Source of the DNA: Candidatus Iainarchaeum sp.
GTDB taxonomy: Archaea > Iainarchaeota > Iainarchaeia > Iainarchaeales > VGJJ01
DNA length: 64,000 nt
Direction of reading: 5' to 3'
Assembly (NCBI GenBank): GCA_016699555.1
Contig: CP064981.1
Span: 27,456 to 91,455, forward strand
Both the position numbers and the translations under genes were made by a program. Position 1 is the stretch's first letter, and every line of letters starts with the position of its first letter. This document shows positions 39,234-49,372 of the stretch, in pieces. The notes under the pieces were generated by a model. The model saw nothing but the letters and a program-made list of their open reading frames with translations. It was not told where the DNA came from and ran no database searches.

Positions 39234-40826
39234 TTGCATGCCTGCATGGTGCGATTAACCTCTTTCCCCGAAGGAAAATGGCTGCACGAAACGCCCATTT
39301 CACGCATTTACGCCGGCTTTCCTTTTCCCATTTATGCGCTGCAAGGGCATGCGTTTTCGTTGGAGCACGGCAAGCTCGCCAACGTCCTCATCCACGCGCT
39401 CGCGCATCGACAGACGGAAGCGGTGTGGAGCAGGGAGATACCCCCATCCATCAGCAAATCGTTCGCGCATGCATTCCAGTCGCGCGTAGTGGGCCTGACG
39501 GAAGCCGGAGAGATGATCGACAAGATTCCCACCCCCCATGAACGCGAGCGATTGGCGCAAGCATTCGGCGAAGTGTTGGAGGAATTCATCCCCGAGATGA
39601 GTGACCCCGGACCATTCGTGGATTATGTGCTCGATCACGGCGTTGGATTGTTCGAGCTCAGCGCGTTGCTGCGCGATCCCGAGCTGAATGAGATCATGGT
39701 GAATGGCAACAACACCCATGTCTTCGTGGAACACCAAAAGATGGGGATGTGCCAGACGAATATCTTCATCGAAGAGAACGACCCCCAGTCCGCGCGCATG
39801 ATCCTCAAGGCCGCACGCTTTTCGGGAAGAAACTTTTCGGAGCAGGAACCGCTATTGGATGCGCGTCTGCCGGATGGGAACCGCTTGAACGCGACATTCG
39901 AAACGATTACACCGCAAGGACACAGCATGACCATCCGGAAGTTCCGCTATGACACGCTTTCGCTCGTGGACCTCGTCATGAACCGCACCCTCAGCGAGGA
40001 AATGGCGGCATATCTGTGGTTGATGGTCGAAGGATTCGGCAGCAACCCCATGAACATCATCGTCTCCGGCGGGAGCGGGAGCGGAAAGACCACGCTCATG
40101 AATGCATTAGGCGCCTGCATCCCCTATCGCGAGCGCATCATCTCCATCGAAGACACGCTGGAGCTGCAATTCCCCTTACGCGAGAACTGGGTGCAGATGG
40201 AATCGAAACCCGCGATCGTGCGCCAATCCACCCACGAAAGGTTGGGAATGGATGAGCTGCTCAAGAACTCCCTCCGCATGCGACCGGACCGCGTCATCGT
40301 GGGAGAGGTGCGCGGCATGGAGGCACAGACCTTGTTCGCGGCCATGGACACGGGACACCAAGGGAGCATGGGCACGCTGCACGCCAATTCCCCCAGCGAA
40401 ACGCTCTTGCGCTTGAGCTCGGAGCCCATGAATGTGCCCAAGACATTGCTGCCGCTGCTCAACATCATCATCGTCACCCAAAAAATCCACTTCCCAGGGG
40501 AAGGGACAAAACGACGCATCGCGCAGATCGCGGAGATATCCCACTTGGAGCGGGAGCCCTTGCTCTCGAACGTGTTCGAGCGCAAGCCGGAAGCCGACAC
40601 GGTATTGCGCACCGACACGCCATCGCACTGCGTCCAGGTGCTCGCGGATGCCACGGGGAAACCACGCAAGGTCATCCAGCAAGAACTGGTCGTGCGCCAG
40701 CGCATCCTCGAATGGATGCTCCGGCAGGGAATCCATGCATATGCGGAGGTGGAAAAGATCCTCCAACAGTATGGAGTCAATCCCGTCGGAGTATTGGAGC
40801 GCGTCCAAGGGCAAGCGATGCGCTAG
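39234..40826 (+). CDS. Second type II/IV secretion ATPase (FlaI/PilB family)
   Basis: Walker A IIVSGGSGSGKTTLMNALG; RPDRVIVGEVRG; GHQGSMGTLHANS. Confidence 0.8.
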   Translation: MHACMVRLTSFPEGKWLHETPISRIYAGFPFPIYALQGHAFSLEHGKLANVLIHALAHRQTEAVWSREIPPSISKSFAHAFQSRVVGLTEAGEMIDKIPTPHERERLAQAFGEVLEEFIPEMSDPGPFVDYVLDHGVGLFELSALLRDPELNEIMVNGNNTHVFVEHQKMGMCQTNIFIEENDPQSARMILKAARFSGRNFSEQEPLLDARLPDGNRLNATFETITPQGHSMTIRKFRYDTLSLVDLVMNRTLSEEMAAYLWLMVEGFGSNPMNIIVSGGSGSGKTTLMNALGACIPYRERIISIEDTLELQFPLRENWVQMESKPAIVRQSTHERLGMDELLKNSLRMRPDRVIVGEVRGMEAQTLFAAMDTGHQGSMGTLHANSPSETLLRLSSEPMNVPKTLLPLLNIIIVTQKIHFPGEGTKRRIAQIAEISHLEREPLLSNVFERKPEADTVLRTDTPSHCVQVLADATGKPRKVIQQELVVRQRILEWMLRQGIHAYAEVEKILQQYGVNPVGVLERVQGQAMR

Positions 40827-40867
40827 CCTGAAGGAGAGTTTTTATTTCTTCAAGCCCTACTCACTGC

Positions 40868-41674
40868 ATGCACTTCCAACAATTACTCTGCATTACACTC
40901 TTATTCCTGGCCTTCGGGGCTTATGTATCGGCGGATGCCTTCCTGGTGGACCCCCTCGTGGTCAAAGCCGAACCCGGAAAGATCATCGACGCCGGCGGAT
41001 TGCAGCCGGGCGAGAGCATGGAATTGATCTTCTCCACGGACTCGGGCTATGGAAACGACGCCAAATGGGTGCAAGCCGTTTTCGGGTCCAACCCCTATGG
41101 AGAGATCGTCCAGGCCCAGAGCTCGGAAGTAGGCACGCGTTCCCTGATCACGCGCATCAGCACCTCGACACTGCTGCCTCCCGGAACATACCGTTTGCCC
41201 CTGACCCTGCGCGGCACCCCCGGACAGCTCGAGGATGAGACGTATCAGTTGCAGTTCGTCGTGGCCCAAAAACTGTTCAGCGCCACGCTATTGAATCCCC
41301 GCGTGGAAGGGAATCTCAACGAAACGCTGCACTACGAAGTCACGCTCGTGAACGATTCTTCCGCTACCGTGGAAGTGCGCGTCGAACCATCGCTCCCGCC
41401 CACGTGGAGCAGCGGCACCACGCTCATGATCAAACCCCATTCCTTCAAGAGCGTTCCATTGTCCGTGACCCCGCGCTTCGCCGGACCCAAGAGCTTCGAC
41501 ATCCACATCACCAACACGCGCACGGGCCAACATTATGATGTGTTGCATGCCAATCTCGTGGCGCATGCCAGCATCAAAGACCATTATTCCGCGGGACTGT
41601 ATGGCTTCCCCTTCTTCACCATCTCATTGGTGGCCAACTACCTCTCGAATGCGTTCTTCAGTTTGGTGCTGTGA
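40868..41674 (+). CDS. Secreted protein with signal peptide and C-terminal TM anchor, downstream of the ATPase
   Basis: MHFQQLLCITLLFLAFGAYVSA signal; C-terminal FPFFTISLVANYL. Confidence 0.45.
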   Translation: MHFQQLLCITLLFLAFGAYVSADAFLVDPLVVKAEPGKIIDAGGLQPGESMELIFSTDSGYGNDAKWVQAVFGSNPYGEIVQAQSSEVGTRSLITRISTSTLLPPGTYRLPLTLRGTPGQLEDETYQLQFVVAQKLFSATLLNPRVEGNLNETLHYEVTLVNDSSATVEVRVEPSLPPTWSSGTTLMIKPHSFKSVPLSVTPRFAGPKSFDIHITNTRTGQHYDVLHANLVAHASIKDHYSAGLYGFPFFTISLVANYLSNAFFSLVL

Positions 41675-41768
41675 AGGCAAGGCTCTCACGCAGCCAAACT
41701 AGTCGCCGAACTCTTGGACATGCTGGACCCTAAGAACACTTAACTATCTTTCCCACCCCACATTCATT

Positions 41769-43358
41769 ATGTCGCAGACTTTACAGGTCCTGGCCGAGCG
41801 ATTGTATGGGGAAATCCAAGCCGGCAAGATCCAGACCCCCAAGCAATTAGACGTTCGCAAGCGCCAGCTCTCGGAAGGATTGCAGTTACAGAACCTCCCT
41901 ACGAATCCCGATCTCCTACCCATTATCCAGCAGGCGTGCGGGCCTTTATCGCAAGAGCAGCAGCAACTCTTCTCGATTAAGCCCGTGCGCAACCTCTCCG
42001 GGGTGGCAGTGCTGGCGGCAATGGTGAAACCTCATACTTGCCCCCATGGCACATGCGTCTATTGCCCCAAGGGAATCCATCACCCCGCTCCTCCAGCCTA
42101 TACCGGAGATGAGCCCGCTGCCCAGCGGGGGTATCGCAATAACTTCGATTCTTTTTTGCAAGTGACCTCGCGCATCAAGCAATTGCAGGCCACGGGACAG
42201 AGCACGGAAAAGTGCGAACTCATCATCATGGGCGGGACATTCCTCTCGATGCCCGAGGACTACCAATACGAATTCATGCAAGGATGTTTAGATGGCATTT
42301 CGGGACAGCGACATACGACGATCCAAGAATCCGTTGCGGCATGCGAAACATCTCCTAACCGCGTGATTGGGATTACGATGGAAACGCGCCCGGACGTGGC
42401 TAAGCTCTCCGACATCCAGCGCATGCTCACGTGGGGAAGCACGCGCGTAGAGATGGGAGTGCAGTCGGTGTACGATGATGTGCTCCAGAAGCTCAACCGC
42501 CAACACACCGTGCAAACCACCATCGACTCGACGCAGCGCTTGAAGGATTCATGCTTGAAGGTGGGGTATCACATGATGTCCAAGCTTCCCCACTCTACGA
42601 TCGAACGCGATCTCGCGGCGCACCTGGAAATATTCACCAATCCCGCGTTCCGCCCGGACATGATCAAGTTCTATCCGCTTGCGGTCGTGCAAAACACCGG
42701 GGTCTATCAGATGTGGAAGCGCGGGGAGTATGAGGAGATGTCCATGGAAGAGGCTATCCGGTTCTACTCCAAGCTCAAACCCCAAATCCCCGAATGGGTG
42801 CGCGTGATGCGCGTGCAGCGCGACATCCCATCGCAGAATATCTCCGCCGGCGTGAAGAAAACGAATTTGCGCCAAGAAGTGCAACGCCACATGAAAGAAT
42901 TAGGCATCAAGTGCCGCTGCATCCGCTGCCGCGAAGTAGGATTCAAGCACCAGAACGAAGGGGTTTGGCCCGTGAAAGTGGAATTAGTTACACGCGCTTA
43001 TGAAGCATCGCAAGGGAAAGAGTATTTCATTTCCGCGGAAGACGTGGAACAGGATATCCTGCTGGGATTCACGCGCTTGCGTATCCCCCATCAACCTACT
43101 CTCCCCGAATTAGAGGATTCCGCTTACATCCGTGAATTACATGTGTATGGGCAAAGCATCCCCATCGGCGAGCAAAAAGAAAAGAGCAGCCAACACAAGG
43201 GATGGGGAAAGAAACTGCTTGCGGAAGCCGAACGCATCGCCAAAGAAGAGCACGGCTTGGATGCCATGAACATCATCGCCGGCATCGGCGTGAGAGAGTA
43301 CTACAAGAAATTGGGATATACGCAGAATGGCGCATTCGTGAAGAAGGAACTGCGCTAA
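41769..43358 (+). CDS. elp3: Elp3-like radical-SAM/GNAT tRNA modification enzyme
   Basis: CPHGTCVYCP radical-SAM cysteine cluster; C-terminal GNAT (HKGWGKKLLAEAERIA). Confidence 0.8.
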   Translation: MSQTLQVLAERLYGEIQAGKIQTPKQLDVRKRQLSEGLQLQNLPTNPDLLPIIQQACGPLSQEQQQLFSIKPVRNLSGVAVLAAMVKPHTCPHGTCVYCPKGIHHPAPPAYTGDEPAAQRGYRNNFDSFLQVTSRIKQLQATGQSTEKCELIIMGGTFLSMPEDYQYEFMQGCLDGISGQRHTTIQESVAACETSPNRVIGITMETRPDVAKLSDIQRMLTWGSTRVEMGVQSVYDDVLQKLNRQHTVQTTIDSTQRLKDSCLKVGYHMMSKLPHSTIERDLAAHLEIFTNPAFRPDMIKFYPLAVVQNTGVYQMWKRGEYEEMSMEEAIRFYSKLKPQIPEWVRVMRVQRDIPSQNISAGVKKTNLRQEVQRHMKELGIKCRCIRCREVGFKHQNEGVWPVKVELVTRAYEASQGKEYFISAEDVEQDILLGFTRLRIPHQPTLPELEDSAYIRELHVYGQSIPIGEQKEKSSQHKGWGKKLLAEAERIAKEEHGLDAMNIIAGIGVREYYKKLGYTQNGAFVKKELR

Positions 43359-43396
43359 CCCAAGCATTAAAATGAGAAATCGCTTTCACTTCATGC

Positions 43397-43765
43397 ATGC
43401 TCGAACCCATATTCATCGCCATTATCGCCGTCCTGGCGATTGTGTGCATTTTCTTATATCGCCGCACCCAAGAATTATGGGATTCCCTGCAACAGACCCA
43501 ATTCTCCAAGCAAAGCCTTTCGGTGAAATATGGCAAGACCTCGGAGCAATGGCTACCGCTTTCCGAACGCTTCCCCTATCCTAAAGAAAAATTCCGCTTC
43601 TTGGGGAATCCCATTGACGGGATCGCTTTCTTGGACAACAAAATCGTCTTTTGCGAATTCAAGACCAATAAATCCCAACTCAGCGAAACGCAAAAGCGCA
43701 TCCGCGATCTCGTGGAAGAAAAACAAGTGGAATGGATGGAAATGCGGGTGGAAGAGAATGGATAA
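43397..43765 (+). CDS. Membrane-anchored predicted PD-(D/E)XK nuclease-fold protein
   Basis: N-terminal TM helix; PIDGIAF...VFCEFKTNKSQLSETQKRI resembles a D...ExK restriction-endonuclease-like core. Confidence 0.4.
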   Translation: MLEPIFIAIIAVLAIVCIFLYRRTQELWDSLQQTQFSKQSLSVKYGKTSEQWLPLSERFPYPKEKFRFLGNPIDGIAFLDNKIVFCEFKTNKSQLSETQKRIRDLVEEKQVEWMEMRVEENG

Positions 43766-43785
43766 TACTCTAATTATTTTTCGTT

Positions 43786-44145
43786 TTACTTAATATAATT
43801 CACTTGCGGCATTTTCTCGAATGCTTTATCTCCCGTGACGAATGAACCACCATTCCTGATTGCATGGGCATACCCAAATGCATCAAAAAAAGAAAGATTC
43901 TGATTTTTGTGCTTGTGTTTGAATTTTACCGCTTCGAGTAACGTGGCTAAATCACTGGACTGGACAAATGGCAAATATTTTTTCACCCAAAATTCGGCTT
44001 CGGACTCGCTCCGATCGCGAAGAATTACTGAATAGAATTCAGCTAGGGTCAATTCGCATATCGCAAAAGGATAATCCACTATTTTCTCATAGTTTTTACT
44101 CCCTTTTGCGATTTCGACTAATGCATAGGTGTCCAAGAATTGCAT
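43786..44145 (-). CDS. vapC: PIN-domain toxin (VapC-like)
   Basis: MQFLDTYALVEI...FFDAFGYAHAIRNGGSFVTGDKAF gives PIN acidic residues. Confidence 0.65.
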   Translation of the reverse strand: MQFLDTYALVEIAKGSKNYEKIVDYPFAICELTLAEFYSVILRDRSESEAEFWVKKYLPFVQSSDLATLLEAVKFKHKHKNQNLSFFDAFGYAHAIRNGGSFVTGDKAFEKMPQVNYIK

Positions 44146-44149
44146 GCAA

Positions 44150-44398
44150 TCACCAAAACTTTGATTCGTTCTTTCTCGATTCTTTAAGCAATTCTGCAGT
44201 CGGTTTAGAGAATTTCATCGCCCCAAACATCTCTCTCAAGGGATTCGATTTCTTCTGGATCGTTAACATAATTTCATCATGCTCTTTGAGGCCCAATTTA
44301 TTGAGTTCTTTTTTGGATAATAACAATCCCATAGAATTTCCCCACTTGCGCAGTTTTCCAATCATCACGTCTGAAGCCATACTAGAACGTATATACAA
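44150..44398 (-). CDS. vapB: AbrB/MazE-type antitoxin (VapB-like)
   Basis: KLRKWGNSMGLLLSKKEL swapped-hairpin motif; 4-bp gap to vapC. Confidence 0.6.
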   Translation of the reverse strand: MYIRSSMASDVMIGKLRKWGNSMGLLLSKKELNKLGLKEHDEIMLTIQKKSNPLREMFGAMKFSKPTAELLKESRKNESKFW

Positions 44399-44455
44399 AC
44401 TGTTTATATAAGTTGCATTTAAACATTTGGACGCGAGAGCGCCGAGGTAAAAAAA

Positions 44456-44719
44456 CTATTTTGCAGAACGACGAGCGGCGGCTTTTTGATTGCGAGCATG
44501 CTTGCGCACCCCTCTTGGATCACGAGCACTTTTCAACACACGACGCAAAGCCTTACGCCGATTAAGTTGGTATTCCTTTTGTAGATCATAAACTAAAGCA
44601 GGTAAAACAACTGCTTCACGTGAGAGTGGCGCCCCATTGGGATTAACCCCATCTAAATATCTATTGAGTCTCATTGACCAACGAATTTGTTTTTTCCTTC
44701 TAGGTGGTATTTGAGGCAA
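44456..44719 (-). CDS. Hypothetical basic protein
   Basis: 87-aa Arg/Lys-rich ORF; no domain. Confidence 0.3.
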   Translation of the reverse strand: MPQIPPRRKKQIRWSMRLNRYLDGVNPNGAPLSREAVVLPALVYDLQKEYQLNRRKALRRVLKSARDPRGVRKHARNQKAAARRSAK

Positions 44720-44743
44720 ACTATTGGGATCACTTTATGCTAT

Positions 44744-45799
44744 TTAATGATACTCAATCCGATAACGCAACAACGCAGCGACTCCCCCCAATCCCGCCAA
44801 TTGCTTTCCCGGTTCATTCTTTTCCTCGAGGATAAAGGATTTGACCCCGTTCTGCGCCGCATGGTGGAGCAATTCCTTGGATTTTTCCTGGAAATCTTTC
44901 TGGAAACCGCTGGAAAGCATCAGGGTATGCGCGGCGCCTAATTGGATAGCTTTCTCGACTTCGGCAATCCCATAAATGCCTAAACCGGAATTCTTTCCAA
45001 GCTCTTTCAACAACTCATGCATCAAATCGCTTTCTTGCGCTAACTTGTACTCGCCGATGGCTTTGGTGATGAGCGGAGCGGAAAGCGCTTCCTTCACTCC
45101 CTTCATCCCAATATCCGAGGTCGCAATGGAGAGGAATTGCTTCTCACTCCCCTTGGGTTTTATTTCTTCCATATGACTCAACAACGCCTCGCGCGTGAAA
45201 CCGGGACCGGCGATGATGATCTGATTCACGGGAGACGAATAGATGATCTCCGACAACTTGGAAAAGAACTTTTCCTGCGTCGAATCGGACTTGAATTGCT
45301 TTCCGGATTTGAATGAAGAGAAATGCGCGATTTCTTTTACACCGGAACCTGAAATCTGCACTAACAACGCTTCTTCATCATCCAACACCACACACAAGGA
45401 AAGGGGTTTCTTGCTTTCCGCTTCGAATTGCTTGAGCTGTTCAACCTCATGCGCAGCCAATTGGGTCTTCTGCACCCTGATGGGCTGGAATAGGTTGAAT
45501 TGCAGCGTGTGCTGGGACTTCACTTCCACGAACTCTTCAGGGGTGCCGCGCTCGATACGCCCATTCACGCGCAACGCGGGCAAGTGATCGTCGACTTCGA
45601 TGGAAATGACGGAGAGCGTCAAATGCATCTTCAGCCGAAAAGGCTTCTGCCCGGGCTCGCGGGGCTTGATATTGCGATCCGTTTCTCCCGAGACCAAGTC
45701 ATTGGGATGGATGAGCTTGGCCAGGTTATGGAAGTCCTCTGCCGAGTGGCATTCCACTTGAAAGAAGTGCTCGAAGGCATTCAAGCCCATAATACGCAT
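44744..45799 (-). CDS. pelA: Pelota (Dom34) ribosome-rescue factor
   Basis: eRF1-like three-domain layout, C-terminal LGGVAALLRY; no GGQ/NIKS motif (so not aRF1); 351 aa. Confidence 0.7.
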   Translation of the reverse strand: MRIMGLNAFEHFFQVECHSAEDFHNLAKLIHPNDLVSGETDRNIKPREPGQKPFRLKMHLTLSVISIEVDDHLPALRVNGRIERGTPEEFVEVKSQHTLQFNLFQPIRVQKTQLAAHEVEQLKQFEAESKKPLSLCVVLDDEEALLVQISGSGVKEIAHFSSFKSGKQFKSDSTQEKFFSKLSEIIYSSPVNQIIIAGPGFTREALLSHMEEIKPKGSEKQFLSIATSDIGMKGVKEALSAPLITKAIGEYKLAQESDLMHELLKELGKNSGLGIYGIAEVEKAIQLGAAHTLMLSSGFQKDFQEKSKELLHHAAQNGVKSFILEEKNEPGKQLAGLGGVAALLRYRIEYH

Positions 45800-45857
45800 G
45801 CAAAAGCCTTAGGCCAGGGGACTTTTTTAAAAGACGCATCGCCCCAGAAGTGGTATA

Positions 45858-46054
45858 TGAAGGCGCTCAGCAAGGCAGGATGGTTCACCCTTGTCCTAGG
45901 ACTCATCCTCCTCATCGGAGTGTTTTGGCACTACAACGGATTCGTGGATGCGTCCATCGCCCTCGAAAAGATGCTTTCCTCCCTATTCTATGGCGGACTC
46001 ATCTGGTTCGGGCTCTTTTGCCTGCTGATGGCCGTCTTATTCTTGAATAATTGA
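45858..46054 (+). CDS. Possible small two-TM membrane protein
   Basis: MKALSKAGWFTLVLGLILLIGVFWHY...LIWFGLFCLLMAVLFL; alternative start inside the listed 45500..46054 ORF. Confidence 0.3.
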
Positions 46055-46096
46055 TCTTTCGCGGAAAATGGATGATGCTACACCAGAGATGAGAAT

Positions 46097-47871
46097 ATGC
46101 CCGGACAACGCATTGCGGTAATCGACCACGACAAGTGTTTCCCCGACAAGTGCGGATGGCTCTGTCAGCGCAAGTGTCCCGTTAATCGCGTGGGAAAAGA
46201 CTGCATCACGCAAAATGTCGAAAAGTTCAAAGCCGTCATCGCGGAAGAACTATGCACGGGCTGCGGGATCTGTCCCAAGATATGTCCTTTTGGCGCCATT
46301 ACGATCATCAACCTCGACATCCCCCTCGAAGAGCCCGTACACCAGTATGGGGAAAACATGTTCCGCTTGCACCGCCTGCCCATCCCGCGCAACAACGCCG
46401 TCGTGGGGATGATCGGACGCAATGGAACGGGAAAATCAACCGCATTCAACATCCTCTCAGGGATCATCGTCCCCAATCTCGGGAAGTGGAACGAGAAAGG
46501 CAATTATACCACGGTCAAAGAGCGCTTCAAGGGAAAAGAATTGCACGCGGTATTTGACAAAATCGAATCCAAGGAACTCGTCGTATCCATCAAACCCCAA
46601 CACATCGAAAGATCCCGCGCGCATTCCAAGGGAGCGTGCGCGAGCTGTTCCATTCCATCAACCAAGAGAAAACAAACTCCATCTTACAAACGCTCGAGTT
46701 GGAAAAGATCGCCGATCGCAAGTTGCCGCAGCTCTCGGGGGGAGAATTGCAGAAAGTAGCCATTGGAGCGGCCGCACTCAAGCCTGCACAATTGTATTTC
46801 ATCGATGAACCCTCTTCATACCTGGATATCCGCGAACGCTTACGCATGGCGGGATTCCTGCGCGGGCTCGTGAATGATACTACTGCGATGCTGGCCGTGG
46901 AGCATGATTTGATCCTGCTGGATTACCTCTCGGACTATGTGCACCTCATGTATGGCGAACCCGCCGTATTCGGGGTGGTTTCCAACTCCCGCGCCACGCG
47001 CGAGGGGATCAACACCTACTTGGATGGGTATGCCAAGGACGAGAACTACCGCTTCCGCGCCAATGCAATCCATTTCGACGAAAAGGCATCACGCGACGTG
47101 AAGAAACCCCTGCCCATCCTGCACTGGCCTCATTTCACCATCGAGCAAGGGACGTTTTCCTTGCACGCGGAAGGGGGGACGCTCAACCAGAATGAAGTCA
47201 TTGGAATTCTCGGCCCCAATGGTATCGGCAAAACGACATTCGTGAAAACGCTCGCGGGACTGCTTACGCCGAAAGAAGGGCCATTGCCCTCCTCCATCCC
47301 CGTCTCCTACAAACCCCAATATCTCGAGGCGCCAGAAGGGATGACGGTACAGGAATACTTGGATGCGAATGTCGGAAAAGAATTCATGCAGAGCAAGCAC
47401 TTGCTCGTTGAACCTTTACACCTCCCGGCGCTGTTCGAGAAGCAAATGTCGCAGTTGTCCGGAGGAGAACTCCAGCGCGTGGCGATCGCTTCCGCGCTCG
47501 GAAAAGATGTTCCGCTCATTTTGTTGGACGAACCCTCGGCGCACTTGGATGTGGAACAGCGCCTGCAAGTGGCCAAGACCATCCGCAGTCTCGCGGACAC
47601 GCAGAAGCGCACCATCTTGGTCGTGGATCACGACTTGTTGTTCATGGATTATGTCTCCGACCGCCTGCTGTTATTCGAAGGCAATCCCGGCACGCACGGA
47701 AAGGTGCGCGGGCCCATGAGCATGGAGCAAGGGATGAATGGATTGTTATCCCAACTCGGAATCACATTACGCCGCGATCCCGAATCCAAGCGACCGCGCA
47801 TCAATAAGCCGGGTTCCGTGAAGGATATGGAACAGAAGAAGGCGAACGAATACTATTACACCAAAGCGTAA
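46097..47871 (+). CDS. abcE1: ABCE1 (RNase L inhibitor / ribosome recycling ATPase) interrupted by a -1 frameshift near 46608
   Basis: N-terminal 4Fe-4S clusters (CGWLCQRKCP, CTGCGICPKICP), two ABC cassettes (GRNGTGKST; GPNGIGKTT; LSGGELQ twice). Reading frame switches between ORFs 46097..46759 and 46636..47871. Confidence 0.8.
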
Positions 47872-47898
47872 AAAACGGTTGCGCGAAACCAGTCGGGA

Positions 47899-48690
47899 TT
47901 ATTTGTGATGCGTAATCGCGCCACGCAAGCCCGGATGCTTCTTCTGTGCATATTCATGTCCGCGCACTAACTCGAAGCGGCGCATGTAGAGAATAGTCTT
48001 GAGTATCTCGATGACGGGGATGACCACGACGAACATCAAAATGATGGAAACGAATCTCCCCACGGGAACGACTTGGTCCACGAGGTATTCGATGAGCGGC
48101 AGCAAGGCCACCAACACGGTCGAAACCACTACGACCAAAATGAAGTCGATGGGATGGGAAAGGATCACATAGAGGTTGGTGCGAATGCTCTCGAAGATGG
48201 GCTTTTCATCGATCACGAGGGATTGGGGAACGAACACGAGCGCCAGCGATAGAATCAACAACACTAAATTCATCCACACCACGCTCAAACTCAGGGCTTG
48301 ACCTAGCAGCACCAACCCGACGAACACGACGCTGATCAAGACGAAGTAGACCGCCATCACGACAAAGAACTTCTGCACCATCTCACGCAAATAGAAGTGC
48401 ACCTTGATGTGAGAGAGGTCGTTGCGCACCGCTAGGATGAGCAGCGTCAACAAAATGGCATACATGGACAAGAACAACAACCCCGCCACGGCCTGTGCGA
48501 TCACGACCTCGGGAGCGAGTTGGGCAAAGGAGTAATCGAAAAACACGCTTCCCGAGAAAAGCGCCATATTCTGGAATTGCAAGAAGAAAAAAGCGAAGAT
48601 GAGCAGGATAGCGAACGAGATGCTCAGGAGAAAGTTATCCACATACTGCTTCCGGATCTGGCCCACGAGCGAAATTTCTTCTACAACCAT
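47899..48690 (-). CDS. Polytopic membrane protein
   Basis: About 7 hydrophobic helices; no domain. Confidence 0.45.
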   Translation of the reverse strand: MVVEEISLVGQIRKQYVDNFLLSISFAILLIFAFFFLQFQNMALFSGSVFFDYSFAQLAPEVVIAQAVAGLLFLSMYAILLTLLILAVRNDLSHIKVHFYLREMVQKFFVVMAVYFVLISVVFVGLVLLGQALSLSVVWMNLVLLILSLALVFVPQSLVIDEKPIFESIRTNLYVILSHPIDFILVVVVSTVLVALLPLIEYLVDQVVPVGRFVSIILMFVVVIPVIEILKTILYMRRFELVRGHEYAQKKHPGLRGAITHHK

Positions 48691-48785
48691 ATTCCACCAT
48701 CATGGTCGCGCAGGATTAAAAGCTTGAGGCCGGGCCATGTCAAGCGGCAAGCGATGAACCCGATCCAGAAATCAACATAATATCG

Positions 48786-49343
48786 TTATGCTGCGACATG
48801 CATGTGCTTTTCGCCCCAAAAGCGGCGGACGAGCAAATAGGAAACCCACCCCAAGAGGCCCGCCAGCACAAAAACGAAGAAAGGGGACTGGAGCAGCTGC
48901 GGGATGAATTGTTCCTGCACGAAAGCAAGCGTGGCCGCGAATGAAGCCGATGCGGCATTCTTGCCCCCGCGTGCGATCTCCACGAGATAGGCGTTGTTCC
49001 AATAGTACCCCAGCATGGCGACGAACCACACCGCATAGGCAGCCACCATATACAGCAACGCGAATGGCACATTGAGCACAAATTCATCCTTGAAGTGGTG
49101 CTCATACCACTCCAACCCCAACCACATCAACCAAAAGCCGATGAAGGGGATGAACAGGAACAGGGGATCGATGAAGGCATAGCCCGTAATGGGGTCCCCG
49201 CGCAAAAAACTATACCCGAAGATATCCCACTTCGGCAAGAATTCTTGGGTAGCGTACAAGAGATAGAGCACGACGTAGGAGATGACGAACAATACCAAGG
49301 CCTTCCAGGATTTGGTGTGCATAACCAACCCATATCCCATCAA
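48786..49343 (-). CDS. Polytopic membrane protein
   Basis: About 5 hydrophobic helices; no domain. Confidence 0.45.
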   Translation of the reverse strand: MMGYGLVMHTKSWKALVLFVISYVVLYLLYATQEFLPKWDIFGYSFLRGDPITGYAFIDPLFLFIPFIGFWLMWLGLEWYEHHFKDEFVLNVPFALLYMVAAYAVWFVAMLGYYWNNAYLVEIARGGKNAASASFAATLAFVQEQFIPQLLQSPFFVFVLAGLLGWVSYLLVRRFWGEKHMHVAA

Positions 49344-49372
49344 GGTTTAAGACTGCATGGGTCGGCAACCCA

